A stretch of DNA of 63,955 nucleotides, filler included, from Reticulomyxa filosa (GCA_000512085.1; 16 parts of 16 records of this genome joined end to end with filler, not necessarily neighbours in it); one strand, 5' to 3'; shown: positions 25,394 to 38,305, numbered from the whole stretch's first letter. Translations and numbers: made by a program. The notes: generated from the sequence alone by a model not told the origin.

Positions 25394-26682
25394 TTTGTGA
25401 TCGGAATGGGAAGTAATATTGGTCCGTTTGATTCCACTGGCTTGTCTCCAAATTTTTTCAAACTTGGTGAGCAGCTTTTCCAAGTTGGCGTTGAAAGACA
25501 CGTCATTGTTATCGGAGATGCGTATGACACGTGTTTTGCGACAGACTTCGTCGAACTGGGTTTGGGTGATGGACGCAATATCGGAGGACTGGGTGACGCC
25601 ACTTTCAACAAGTTCGATGAACAAGTCGACATCCCAGACGTTTTCCTTCTGCATATATTTTTTGAGTTCCTGTCCTTTCTTCAACGCATCGTCACGTCGT
25701 GCGCTGGACCGTTCGTCGTCGCGCTCTTTCGACTCAGCTGAATCAGCCGACGTGATGTTCGTGCGTTTGATGCCACTGGCCTTTCGCCAAATTTTTTCAA
25801 ACTTCGTTAGCAATTTCTCCAAATTCGCGTTATGGGACACTGAGTTATTGTCTGCTGAACGAATAACCCTAGTCTTACGACAAACCTTTTTTAAAAAAAA
25901 AAAAAAAAAGGGGTAAAAAAAAAAATTGAATCTCAAAAAAAAAAAAAAAAAAAATTCGAAACTTCATCAAATTGAACTTGGGTAATCCCAGCAATCCCTG
26001 CCTCGTCAATAATATCAATGTCAACCAGCTCCATGAACAAGTCCACATCCCATATGTTTTCCGCTTGCATATACTTCTTCAACTCCTTCCCTTTTTGCAA
26101 TGCTGCGTCTTGCTTTGCGTGGCTAATGGTGGTGCTGTCCTTGTAACCTGGACTACTCGGCTCGCTCTTGCCCTTGATGTTCGTCACCTTTATGCCGCTC
26201 TTCTTACGCCAGATCTTCTCAAAATTCGACAGCAGCTTGTTCAAACGCGCCAACGATTCGCTGTCCTTTGTCTCGTTCGCACGCGCCACTCGCGTTTTGC
26301 GGACAATCTATTGTTTTTTTTGTTTTTTTTTTTTATCTCCTCCCTTTTTTGTCTCAAAAATTCAATATCAGACCCCTCCTCTTTTTTTTTTTTTTGCTTC
26401 GTTCCTCGTCAAATTGTGCCTCGGTGTCGATTGAACCGATGTCGTCTTCGCTTTTTATTTCCATACTCAATAACACGTTGAACAATTCCAAATCCCATAC
26501 ATTCTCATTTTGCATAAACTTCTTCAGCTGATGTCCATCACTTTCGCTTCCCTGTTGTTGTTCCCATTTTTTCAAACGTATACTTTTTTCAGCTGGAAAA
26601 TTGCATATGCATAGAAAAGAAAAGAACCGTGCTCCCCAGTCCTAAAAGAAAAAAATCTCACTTTGCCAGGTTTACTTGACAT
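25394..26682 (-). CDS. Tandem-repeat protein with at least 3 copies of a ~85-aa SAM-like helical repeat; 3' truncated
   Basis: Three copies of LKKxMQxENxWDxxLFxxLxxxxIxxxxxIxxIxxxQFDExxRKTRVxR...LxKLLxxFEKIWRxxSGIKxTNI. Likely start MSSKPGK at 26682; introns at ~26661-26552, 26404-26308 and 25962-25886. Confidence 0.8.
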
Positions 26683-27643
26683 TTGTCAGATTTTTGTTGA
26701 AATGAAAATGAAATCTACCAGATGAGAATAGTAAATGATGCTTCAAAAGGTATAATTGAATTTTTTTTTATTATGTAAATAAGAGAGGACCTCTTGCATT
26801 AAGTAAGAAAGACGGAACAAGTTTGTCAAGAAAACAAATGTTTTGCTATTGCACACGTTCTTCAAATAGTAACTTAATGTAGTACCAGTGTCATTCGGCA
26901 TGTATATTGGTTCAAAATAAATCAAAAGGTATGTACGTACATAAAAATGAAAGGATAAAAATATATTCTCTGTGATATAAACTATTATCACTTATCTGTA
27001 GCATAAAAAAAATTCAAATTTACCATAATATTGTCAACTACATAAACTAAATAAGAGTAAAACAAGTTTTTTTACGAAAAATAAAACAATAAAATTTGTT
27101 ATAAAACAAGTAATAAATAATAAGTAATTGCACATTATTTCATAGTGGAGTTTGCAGATTGTCACAAAGTGTAATACGAAAATCTCAATATGCGAGACAC
27201 TTTCAATAAAACAAGTAAATTAAATCAATGGTAATAAAAATAACAACAGCCAACAGGAACAGAAGAAGAAAAAACAGAAAGCTAGTTTTGAAAAAAAGAT
27301 TAATAACAATTTTTATTAATTATGAAGACAATAATACACAAATAGATCGTCTGACAACAAATGAACTAGCACATCAATTTTTTAAAAATCAATCTGACCA
27401 TCCTTAATAATCATTCAAACTTTTCAGAAAAAGCTTCTTTTTGAAGATTTTTGTTTGAGTTGCTGTAGACTTCGACACCGTCTAAATTTGAAGTTCATTT
27501 TGAAAAGTCAACATCAGTATTTCAGTCAAAGGTATAAGTAAATTTCTTGAAGAATTTTTCATTATAAGAGATTATTGTAAAAAAATTATCATAATAAATA
27601 ATCACATACAAGAATGAACGTAAAGTTGAAAAAATCAAACGTG

Positions 27644-27874
27644 TGTAGTACTCATGATGTTGTAATAATTCTCGCACTACAAGTGAATTTTGGAACCCTT
27701 TGTTCTAACAACACACCACTCACTTTCACGACTTATCTTTCCTCTTTCACTTGTTGTATCTTGTTATTCATTTTCTCTTTTATTTAAACCATTAATCTTT
27801 GTTTTAAATTGCTCAAAAGAGCGAAAACCTTTCGTATTACAATTTGCGCACCTCTTTCAGCAGGAAAATCCACA
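27644..27874 (-). repeat. Dispersed ~240-bp repeat family A, copy 2
   Basis: Reverse-complement match to 21207-21445. Confidence 0.9.
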
Positions 27875-28455
27875 CGTGATTCTTTCAAAAGTCATAAAGT
27901 AACCAAAAACAACAAATATTAAATTGTCGTTATATTTGTGTAAATTAATATTTTTGTTTCATTTTTTTTATGTGCACTATTCCTTTTGGATAAAACTTAC
28001 AACTCTGTTTGCAAGTTTAGCGCTGGTCTGCGTCTTGCGTCTTTTACAAATTTCTTCTTATTTTTAACTGATCTTTTTTTAAAACTTAATAAAATTAATG
28101 CCAAATAGGACAAAGATTTAATCAAAACAAAGCAAAATTAAATCTTTTTCAAAACAAAATTTTTAAATTATTAAAAGCTAAGTGAATTCATAAACTATTG
28201 GGCAATACCCTTAGAAGTATAAATGGAAGCTAACTGAACTTAGAAATTGCTTTCTATACATAGTTTTCATGTGTCAATTTTCGCTAAGCGCAGTAATTCT
28301 AAAAAAAATTAAAATTTCAGACAAATACAATGTTATTTCAATATAATGAAACACGAAAGAATTAGAGAAAGTCTAACGTGTTTGTCTACTTTGTATCAGC
28401 AAATTTCCCAAAAACTCGGGTTGAACGTGTTCGACTGTCAGCATAATAGCAAAAA

Positions 28456-29305
28456 ATGTTTTCCGACGAGAGTCATCGTGAATTCCAAAAGGGTATTGAT
28501 CATGAAGCCGGAAAAACAAGACGTCATGAGGATAGATTGAGTTTACGCCGACAAATTCGTCAAGGCCACCTGAACAAACGACGAAAAACGTTACAAGAAG
28601 AAGGGGGTTCAAACGACAATAGCGATGATAGCAAAAGTTCTCAATACTCAAATAAGCCAAGTGTAGTTACTGTGAGTTCAGCGAATGGTCCCTCGAGCGT
28701 AAAACTCAAAGATTTGGGTAAATTTGAACAACAAACCCAATCTAACGATCTGCAAACAGTGTTTCAAGGCGTTCAATCCATCCGACAATTGCTGAGTAAT
28801 CAAAATGATCTTCCAATCGAACAAATTATCGAAACTAGCGTGATACCAGCTTTGGTTAAAATCCTGGGAAGAAAATTGGAAATAAAAAATCCGGAAGGCC
28901 TAACTCCGGAAGAAAAACTAAAGCGTGACTTACAACTTGAGGCCTCGTGGTTACGTATAGTTTTTATTTTTATTTTTTAAGTTTTGGGTAAAGAAGGGAG
29001 AGGGAACAGGGGCATGCGTTTTTGCGTGTACAGTTGTTTTTTTTTTTTAAAAAAAAAAAGTGAAACAAACTTATTCAAAATTGTGTGTCTATCGATTTTG
29101 CTTTGTTTTTTTTAAAAAAAGGGCATTATTGAACATGGTAAGCGGAGAATCAAAGTATACCAAAACGGTAGTAGAAATGGGTGCAATAGAAGCGTTTGTG
29201 GAATTGTTGAAAAACACCAGGGATGCAGAATTAAGTGATCAAGCTGTATGGGGGCTAGGCAACATTATTGGAGATGGTCCGCAGCTCCGGGACAGAGTCT
29301 TGCAG
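28456..29305 (+). CDS. Importin-alpha (karyopherin alpha), N-terminal part; intron 28950-~29121; 3' truncated
   Basis: IBB domain (RRHEDRLSLRRQIRQGHLNKRR) and ARM motifs IRQLLS..N.LPIEQII, LQLEASW|ALLNMVSG and DQAVWGLGNIIGDGPQLRDRVL. Confidence 0.92.
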
Positions 29306-29558
29306 GTTTTTCCCTCCCCCCCNNNNNNNNNNNNNNNNNNNNNNNNNNNNNNNNNNNNNNNNNNNNTTAATTAATTAANNNNNNNNNNNNNNNNNNNNNN
29401 NNNNNNNNNNNNNNNNNNNNNNATATAATATACATATATATCGCAATGGCATATGTGACTTATTAAACAATTTTTTTTTTTAACGTGATCAAATCAAATT
29501 TTAAAAAAAAAAACAAAAAAAAAAAACGACATGCAAATGCAACAGACAACAAAGCCAG

Positions 29559-32500
29559 ATAAAAGTGAAAGAATTGGAACAAGACATCAAAATGAGGGAT
29601 GTTCGATCTCAAGTGACGGAAGAAAAAATGAAAGAAATGCAATTGGAAATTGAAGATTTGAAAGTACAATTGCAATTTGCACAGTTGGACGTGGAAGAAG
29701 CAAAAGAGAAATTAGAAGATGGAATTGACTCGTATTTAATCGGGATCGAAAATGTGACGGAACAAGAAAAATCACGCATTATGGTGAGTAACGCGGAATT
29801 AAAAAAAACCTTGGAAAAAGTGCAACAGTCCATGAATGACATTGTCACTTCCAAGAATCGTGAAATTACTTACTTGAAACAAGAACTGGCCTACTTCCCC
29901 GTCTTGACACGACGCTTGCAAGAATTGGTTCCCTTGGAAAAAGAAGTGGAGCTCCTTAAACGAAAGATTGAACAAATTGATGACTCACGAATCGCCTTGG
30001 AAGAAGCCGAGAAAATTATTGAAGAATTGAAAGGAAAAAACATTGACTTGGAAGGAGAAGTATGTTTCATATACTTATATACATATATATCATATGCATT
30101 GTGTACACAAAGAAATGGCACGACAACACATTTTTTTTGTGACCGCTTTTTTTTTTTTTTTTTTTTGTCATTTTTTTTAGCTTCAAGATTGGAGAGATTA
30201 TATAATCGACATTGATGACACACGCACAATCTTGGAGAAATTAAATGATGAAAACGAAAAAATAATCGAAGAGTTGACACAAGGCAACAAAGAATTGACG
30301 ACGAAAGTGAAAACATTGAGTGATCAAGTGAAAAAAAAAGAAGCAGATATGGGAGATTTGCAAAAGCAGGTGTTTACATTGCGAAATGAAGTCGCTGAAA
30401 TTCACAGAGCACAGGAAGGAGCGATTGACACGGCTACTATTGAAGGTCTGGTTACCAATTCGACAGAACCAAATAGTGACGGCGGTGAACCCTTGTCCCC
30501 TACTAGCAACGCTGCTGCCACTACTACCAACAACAACAACAATAACAACAACAACAACAACAATAGTTCCTCTAACAAAACCGCTCATCAACTTGTTTTG
30601 TTTCAAAAACAATTGGCCGAAAGCAGAACCATTATCACCTCCAAAGTCAAAGAAGTTGTTGCTGGAAGAGACAATTGGGTTAGATATCACATGTTGAATG
30701 CATATTTCCCAGAGTCTTTGTCATCGCAAATCGATGCCAATGGAATGGCCGTGTTATCTCATTTGGAGCGATGCTTGCATAAAGCAAGACAAACTCGAGG
30801 TTTGTTTATTTGCATGAATGATGTCACATGCATTGTTCTCTTTCTTATAACGTTTTATATTTGTCTCTGTGTGTTTTCTTCTTTACAGCCCTTCTCGATC
30901 GATTTTTCGCAGATCCAGTGACCAGTCCATCTAAAAATGCGGATTTGTGTTTACAAAGCCACTACCTGTGTCCTACTTTAATTAAACAAGAAAACTACAT
31001 GAGAGCAACTCAAAAGTACTTTTTATTGGTGAAAGAGGACGATTGGTCTGCTGTCGTTTCGTAATTGTGCATTTATGGGAAGGAAAGGGGGAGTACATAT
31101 ATGCATGATACAATTATACCTAGTTTTTGTGCGTGTGTGTGTATATGCGAAAATGCTCCCCCCCCCCTCCCCTTTACGTCAATAGACTAGTGCCTATCGC
31201 AACAAATTCATGGGCTCAACAGCAAGTCCAAAAGATAACATTGAGCAAGCCTTTGACGAGCTCTTGGACGCCATGGAACAAAACAAATTGGGAGAATTTT
31301 CGGATGAACGTTTGGTTGCTAATGAAGAGAAATTGAAAGAATACATTAGCAAAAGTGCCGCCGACTTTGACCCCAATAAGAAAAAGAATGACGATGAGAG
31401 AGCAGACAAAGGTGTTTTTTTTTTTTTTTCTTCCCTCACATTGTTTTTATTTTTGTATAATTCAAAATACATCAAATGATTATTAAAATAACATATAAAA
31501 TAAAAAAGCAACGGTATTGCAAATGGTCAGCGAAACTTATTATCGCATTCAAAGTTTAACGGTCGAATTGAACCGCTTTAGTGCAAAAATGCATCGTACA
31601 ATCCACGAGCCTGCGCAAACAACACACGCGATTACTCCAGCAACGGTAACTGTTGCGGAAGTATTGGAAAATATGGAACAAGAATTGGAAGAAGAACATG
31701 AGGAAGTCAAACATGACAGTTTGGCTATTCCTGGCTCATCTTCCACTATAGCTGTCCCACGCGCAGCATCAAGAGTGGGCTCTCGTGCCGGCTCTCGTCG
31801 TCCTTCTGTTGTCTTAAAAGATGAAACAAGCATCGATTTTGCTATTACCAAATTACATATCGACATTATGGAAAAGATGTTCCGCGTCCGATTTAGCATT
31901 ATTCGAGATTGCAAAACCATTTTCAATAAAACAAACCCTGTCGATTTGGGTTATATTTCGCAAAAATTCGTTTCCTTGGATCAATGTTGAGTGACAAAAC
32001 ACAGAGAAAAAATGGAGAAGTATACGTTTATTCAAAAATAAAATAAAATACACAAAGTAACCAACGTTAACCGAACTTCTGTGAAATTTGGTCAATTGTA
32101 CGAGTGTCGTTCGCGTGCAAGACAGGCATTGCTTCGTGCTCAACAACTTGTTGCAGCCATGGACAAAGTAACCAAGCTGATGTTGCCCATGGAAAGAGTC
32201 GAAAAGATCAACTCCATTTTGGATCAAGAATCAGAAGCTTTTCAAGAAGGCTTGGTCACACATTTGGACAAAACATACGATGCGGTTAGAGAAGTATTGA
32301 CGCTTATGGACACTGTCTCTGTTAAGCTGCTTTAAAAAAATAAAAAAAGCAAAATGATGATAACAACAATAAAACATAAACTGTTTCATATTGTTGTGTT
32401 ATCGGCGAAATTTTCTCTCTTTTTTTTGTTGTTGTTTTTTTTTTCCCCCTTCTGAAATTCAAAGAAGATTACGTTTTTCTTGGTTTGATGTCATTAGCTC

Positions 32501-34197
32501 GCATCGTTCACAACTACGGATGACTTGCCAGCATTGCCACGAGAAGAGCAAGAAAAGGTATCTCCTCCATGCTGGGAATCAAAGCCGAAAAACGTCCGCG
32601 GAGCAATTGATGAAGCGTATGCGATGAAAGAAGAAATGAAAACCAAAGAACGAGAATTAACTGGAGAAAGACAGCGTGTATTCGATTTACAAAAAGCTGT
32701 CGAAGAAAAAAATAGCACTATTTTGGTGTTGAAACAACAAGTTGAAAAAGAGAAGCAGAACTCAGTTGGCTTAACCGAATTGCAAACAAAGTACAATGAA
32801 TTAGACGAAAGACTGAAGAAATATGTGGCCACTGTCCAACAAAAGACGGTATGTATATAAATACATACTCTATTCTCGCGTCTGTGAGGCATTGACCCTT
32901 TCATACAAAATAGAATGTTTTTGATTGATGTTCCCTTTTTTTTTTTTTTCACCCTTCTCTTTATATATGCTATTAGGCGGATAATGAAAAATTACGAACG
33001 GAAATTGAGCAGTTGACAAAGCAGGTTCAAACAATGGGTACCATGATCGAACGAAGCGGTGCAGCCCCAACCAACTTGCAAGGCGTGATTACCAGCAAAG
33101 ATGGACGCCGTCGACGAGAATCATTGACGGACTTGGATCTTCCAAACGACGTTGGTCGTGCACGTACAACTGGAAGTGCACAAACAACCCGTCCAACAAC
33201 GATGACCGTGGAACGCAATTCCGTAACAAATGGCGCAACTTCCAATCATCCGTTGGCGTCCATGGTCGCTGCTTTAGCAGGAAGACAAGCTGTCGAAACG
33301 CCTTTAGAAGAGTTCCCATATATTCAATTGTTGCAACAGACCATTCATGCGTTGCGAAGAAGGTTGAATATTGTCAGCGTCAAACGAGAAATGGTGAACA
33401 TTGATTTGGACTTGAAGCCTTTACCAAAACGCTTCACTGCTCGAGAAATTGAACTTAAAAAAGAGGCAGCCAAAATCGATGCAGAAATCGATAAAAAGAT
33501 TGCAGAGCTGAAAAAACAAAGGGAAGAAAATGCATCTGCGCCTCAAACGGAAGAAAAGAACGACGATGTGATAGATACCAAAGCAAGCACTATCCTCGAT
33601 GAAGCAGACGTAGAGAACAATGCCGTTATGTCACTGAACGCAAGTTTCGAGCCTGACAAGAATGAGCTCAACTTGGAACCGGTTGTAGACGATTTGAGCG
33701 CACTCACAACAGAAGCAGCTTCTGATGATGGCAAGGTCTTGGACGCAGCGACCTTACAGAGAATGAGGCAATTGAGTTCACTTACCTCCAAAATCGCTAT
33801 CCTTCGTGCTAAACCGAGCGTTGTTGACATTACTTCCAACAAAATGGCCTCTCAGACACACGAAATGATGGGAAAACGCATCCAACTTAGGCAATTGCAG
33901 CTTCATTGTGAACAACTTAACACAGAACTGCAGGTAATGTGTTGATCTTTTTTTGATTTTATTTTGTCTTAGGACAAAATAACTTTTGGAAATGAATAAA
34001 ATGTCTTTGAACAGCGAGCAAAACAGGCGAATGATAAGAAAGAATCGGAAGACGAGAAAACCAATAAATCGGTGGGTCCAGTGTTTGGTGAGGTGAGGTT
34101 GCCGAAGAGTGGCAATGGCTTGCTTATTCCGCCGAAGGTGTCCGTAGTGGTGCCATCATGTGAGTTGTCAAGATTGCAAACCGTGTTTGGTGTTTAA
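29559..34197 (+). CDS. DCTN1: Dynactin subunit 1 (p150Glued)-like coiled-coil protein, 9 exons visible; 5' (CAP-Gly) part missing
   Basis: Canonical GT..AG splicing links the long ORFs. Coiled coil with SNAELKKTLEKVQQ and ALEEAEKIIEELKGKNIDLEGE (cf. p150 NARLKDALVRMRD and AEEMVEMLTDRNLNLEE), EQAFDELLDAMEQNKLGE, and C-terminus GEVRLP...VVVPSCELSRLQTVFGV*. Confidence 0.72.
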
Positions 34198-34814
34198 ACA
34201 AAATAAAAAAAAATTTATGTGAATAAAGGACCGCTTTTTGTGTTTTTGAGTCATTGTTGAGGAAGTTGCACAACTTCAAGTTTTTCAAGCGAAACAATAT
34301 ATGCATTCACAACTAAAATCAACACAATCACATTATCAAGCAACTTTTTCTGTATATTATGATTTTTGACATACTAAGCACCCTGTGACTTTCTGCCTTG
34401 AACTCAAAGGCTCGTACTATAGTCAGTGCAAATAGCTGCAGAAAAAGGTAATATATCAATAGTTTGCTGTCAAGTGTTGCTCGAGGTAGTGCATAACGTC
34501 ATTCTTGCATAACTCATATTGGTTAAATCAATTTCATGTATCACTTTTTTTTAGTATTGAACATTTTTTTATTAATGTACAAGCAGAAATTCTCTTTTCT
34601 TTCTGTTACATTCCCGAACTAGTGTCAGTATTTGTGTTTATGTTCGTCAGGTAAGTCCATATTACAAATAACAAAGTTCTAAGGACTAAACTTTATTCAC
34701 AACACAACTAACTTTATATTGTCTTTTGATATTCTCTTTATTTCGTTGTAATTATTCTTATTAATTTACTTTCTTTTTATTGCGACTTACTTTTAGAACT
34801 ACGTTCATTTCATA

Positions 34815-34937
34815 ATATACAGTAAGATAAAAAAGAAAGTTGACACCTAAAATGCCACCTTATAGAGATGATTTTGTTTCTACATGAAAAAACAACATTT
34901 AATTAACATTTTTAAAAAATATCTACAAATCATGTAG
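34815..34937 (-). repeat. Dispersed repeat family B (at least 120 bp), copy 1, cut by the contig end
   Basis: Reverse complement matches 61161-61283 (GATTTGTAGATATTTTTTAAAAA...AATGTTGTTTTTTCATGTAGAAA...ATCTCTATAAGGTG...TTTTAGGTGT). Confidence 0.85.
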
Positions 34938-36344
34938 NNNNNNNNNNNNNNNNNNNNNNNNNNNNNNNNNNNNNNNNNNNNTTAATTAATTAANNNNNNN
35001 NNNNNNNNNNNNNNNNNNNNNNNNNNNNNNNNNNNNNATTGTCTGCTCAATCATTTTTTTTTTTTTTTTTTTTTTTTGTGCTGGTTGCTGCTACTTTTTT
35101 CTTTTTTCTTTTTTTGTCATAAATCATTCGTCCTAACGTTCGCAAGGTACTGCAGACGCTTCGACTCCTCTATCGACGCATATTGTGCATGTGTACGCAT
35201 CTCGCGCGTGTTTTCACGTACTTGATCCGCAATTATAGGCTTTAGCTTTGCTAATGCTCGTGCTGTTAGTACTAATTCCATTATGAAAAGATTTTTTTTT
35301 TTTAAGGGGCTTGTCGAAGCCGTATTTTCTCCTAAATTGCAACTCGTGCAAAAAGCTACTGCCAACTTTTTAAAAGAGATCTTACAGTTGATGTTACTCA
35401 GATTTGACATAATCTGATTCGCAAAAAACATCTATTTTAAAAGCAAAATGTCGTGAGTACTTTTCTAAGTATGAAAAACGAACTCATTACTAATGCACGT
35501 GACAAGTTTGAACAATTAATCCCCAAAACTCATTGCTTTTGGAAGCCGATGATTGTGGCTTATTTGAATTTCAACATCGAGCAATAAAAGTTAACATGTT
35601 TCTCTAAAACAAAAAATCCAAATGGTAGATTTCAATTAAAGCCACTCACAAAATATGACAAGAAGGAGCCAGATCATTAAAATGATTGCACTCTCTGCAC
35701 CGCCAAGATGTTGCTCCCTTAGGCAACGCATATGGTGACTTACATTTTGCACAATGTTTTGATTCAGTCTGTTCAAAAAATATGTATTTAAATTTTGATT
35801 TTGTTTCATATTTGGGGATTATTTTTGTTTGAAGATTTCAACTGTTGTGGCTGGTCTTTGGTCAACAGCTGCTTGTCCTTCTGCGGTATGCTCTGACGAG
35901 TGCACAGCTCCTTGAGGATGTCCTTCTTGCTCTGTATATTCGCCACCAATATTGGCCGTTGACTGCACGTCAGTGGGTTGATATTGGATTGGTTCTTGTA
36001 GTTTAGCTTCTTTTTGCATGTTGATGATGAATTAGAACGTAAAATTTTTATGTTGCCTGTAAAGTCGATCCTAACCTCTTTGGATATTACTCTCTAAATA
36101 GAAATTGTTTGTAGCGTTAATAAGAGTGTAAATATGTTTTTTCGTATAGTTCAATGGTACTGATTTCTATTTAAGTTGTTCAACATCTCATAGATATGCT
36201 ATTATTAGAGCTTAATGTATAATAATGTAACATAAAAGATAGCAAAAGATTGAATTCCTTCAAGTGATCGTATTGTAGACGCAGAATAGTTTTCTCAATT
36301 ACAAAAAGGTCGTCAAGCAAGTAAAAATTTAGGCTAAACTAATT

Positions 36345-38305
36345 ATGTCGTCAAAGAAACGGCCAAAGCGGAATAAGAAACAAGGATCCACAGATGGATC
36401 AAATCCCACAAAAACTTCAGCATCAGTAGAGTCTCCTTCATCGATATCTCCTGCCATACTATGGTTGTCACTAGGACTGGCAGTGATAGCAGTTGTCGCT
36501 GCGATATATATTTTTCAAAACGAATCCAAGGTTACCCAAAGTAAGAATCTGCCACGTGCAAATGAAGTACAGTGTGGACAATTTGAGACCTCAATAAAGA
36601 CATTGGATGAAAAAAAATTGGAAGAGTTGTTGTCGAAATATCAATTTGTGGATGACAAAACGAAGATGAATATTTGCGGCCAAGCAATTGGGCAAAGCAA
36701 AAAGAAGAAAAAAGAAAAGGGATCTGACAGCATTGCAACATTTGTATCAGAAATGCGTCGTCACATGAACATTGACGACAACGTGGTTTATCACAAACGA
36801 CTACAAATATTGGAGCACATAATTTTAAAGAATTTTTTGAACATGTCAGAATACATCTGCCCTTACTTGATAGAAGCAATGGGAGGAAGAATGATTGACG
36901 TATTGAAAGTGATAGTGGAACAATTAATGAAGCGATCCGGACAAGTGAATATTGACGATTGTGTGTATCATCCCTATGGAAAACAAGAGACGAAATGGAG
37001 CGCAACCAATCAGACACTGCTGCACATTGCAATGAAATCACATTCAGCGAGCATTGCTCGCTTGTTGTTAATGTCAGTATCCAATGCACAAAAACATAAA
37101 GGTGTGTTATTGGCCTTGGATAGGATGAAGCTGTTTTTGAATGCAAGTGCATCGCAGTCACCTGCCATTGCAGATCAAGAGTGGAAACATCTGACAAACA
37201 ATGGCGTGGTGTTGCAGCACGTGTTGAAGTATGAACACTTGAGTGGTAATCCTCATCCCATTGAATTGACTTTTGATCTTGTGAGACATTACCATATTGA
37301 TTTGGAACGTCTGTTGACAACATTCACCAATCTGCAAAACTTTACACCATTGGAGCTATGGTATCAACTGTATTCTGGAAATGCACTGAAAATGCAAGAA
37401 ATTTTGCAACGCTATGGTATTCCATGGACAGATTCCATTCATGGGCATAAGCAAATACTATTGCAACTAGACAGTGATGTACACGATTGCTTATGGCAAA
37501 ATACGCGCATTTGTGAGGCTCAAGCTGAAGATGCTGTCCAGTCTCAATTGATCAATACACTGGCACCATTTGTGGCACAGAAGCAACAGATGCTTCAATC
37601 TTGGGCACTTGGTCATATTGACAAGTTCAAAAAACCTATCGTCATTCACGACTGGAATGAGTTTGACTTATTTTGGGAACTCCAAATTCCTGTCATTGTG
37701 CGCTCAAGTGGACACAGTTCCGAGTCGCCGCTGTTCAATTGGAATGATTTGATCAAGAGGTTTGGGCATGTCAAACTAATGGTTGGAGATATTCCATATG
37801 CTCCATTGTTTGGATTAAAAGCTTATGAGATTCCCTTGAAAGATTTTATGAAATGATTGTCAAAGATGTCAAACATTTGCAATCCTCTTTGTACGCTTTC
37901 GATGGCAAAATTTTACATGAAAATAAACATTTATTGCAATATTTCACGCGTTTGCAAAATGTGAGTGATGTTTTCAAACAAAAGGGGGTGCATTTTTATA
38001 CTGATATTAAGTATCAATTGGCCATTGGTAGTGTTGGCTCTGGAAGTCCACCACATTGGCATACCCCTGCTTTCAATTTTTTGTTTACTGGTGAAAAAAT
38101 ATGGTGGTTGTTTCCTCCTGCCTCTTCTGTTTACAGTCATATTCATGTCAAAGACTGGTTTTCTCGGCATCACATCGGGTCTACGATTAATACTTATTTT
38201 TGGTTTGTCCAAAAACCTGGTGATGTTCTTTTCATTCCAAATGAATGGAGCCATGCGGTTTTCAACAGCCAGCCAACTTTGGCAATTGCCACAGAACTCA
38301 GCTGA
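36345..38305 (+). CDS. Membrane-anchored JmjC-domain protein (JMJD8-like) with ankyrin-like segments; intronless, one -1 frameshift at ~37851-37856
   Basis: TM helix ILWLSLGLAVIAVVAAIYIF; ankyrin-like TLLHIAMKSHSASIARLLL and NFTPLEL. The JmjC N-part (IPVIVR, FGHVKLMVGDIPY) is in ORF1; the core GSGSPPHWH..AFN.L..GEK.WWLFPP and QKPGDVLFIPNEWSHAVFN is in ORF2. The domain spans the shift. Confidence 0.85.

Noticed and set aside
26552-26661. Tiny 20-nt intron and micro-exons at the 5' end of the SAM-like repeat gene
   Set aside because: The phases of the micro-exon model do not join; a single ~110-nt intron explains the frame more simply.
12544-27505. Shared 20-mer ATTTGAAGTTCATTTTGAAA at 12544 and 27486
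   Set aside because: It is too short and AT-rich, with little flanking similarity, to call a repeat family.
31982-32020. Apparent additional frameshift or TGA readthrough in the dynactin gene
   Set aside because: A phase-1 GT donor at 31986 spliced to CAAAG|TA restores the frame with no shift.
35117-36019. Two short minus-strand ORFs (35117-35431 and 35819-36019)
   Set aside because: They look partly coding-like, but I could not assign a product or a coherent gene model.
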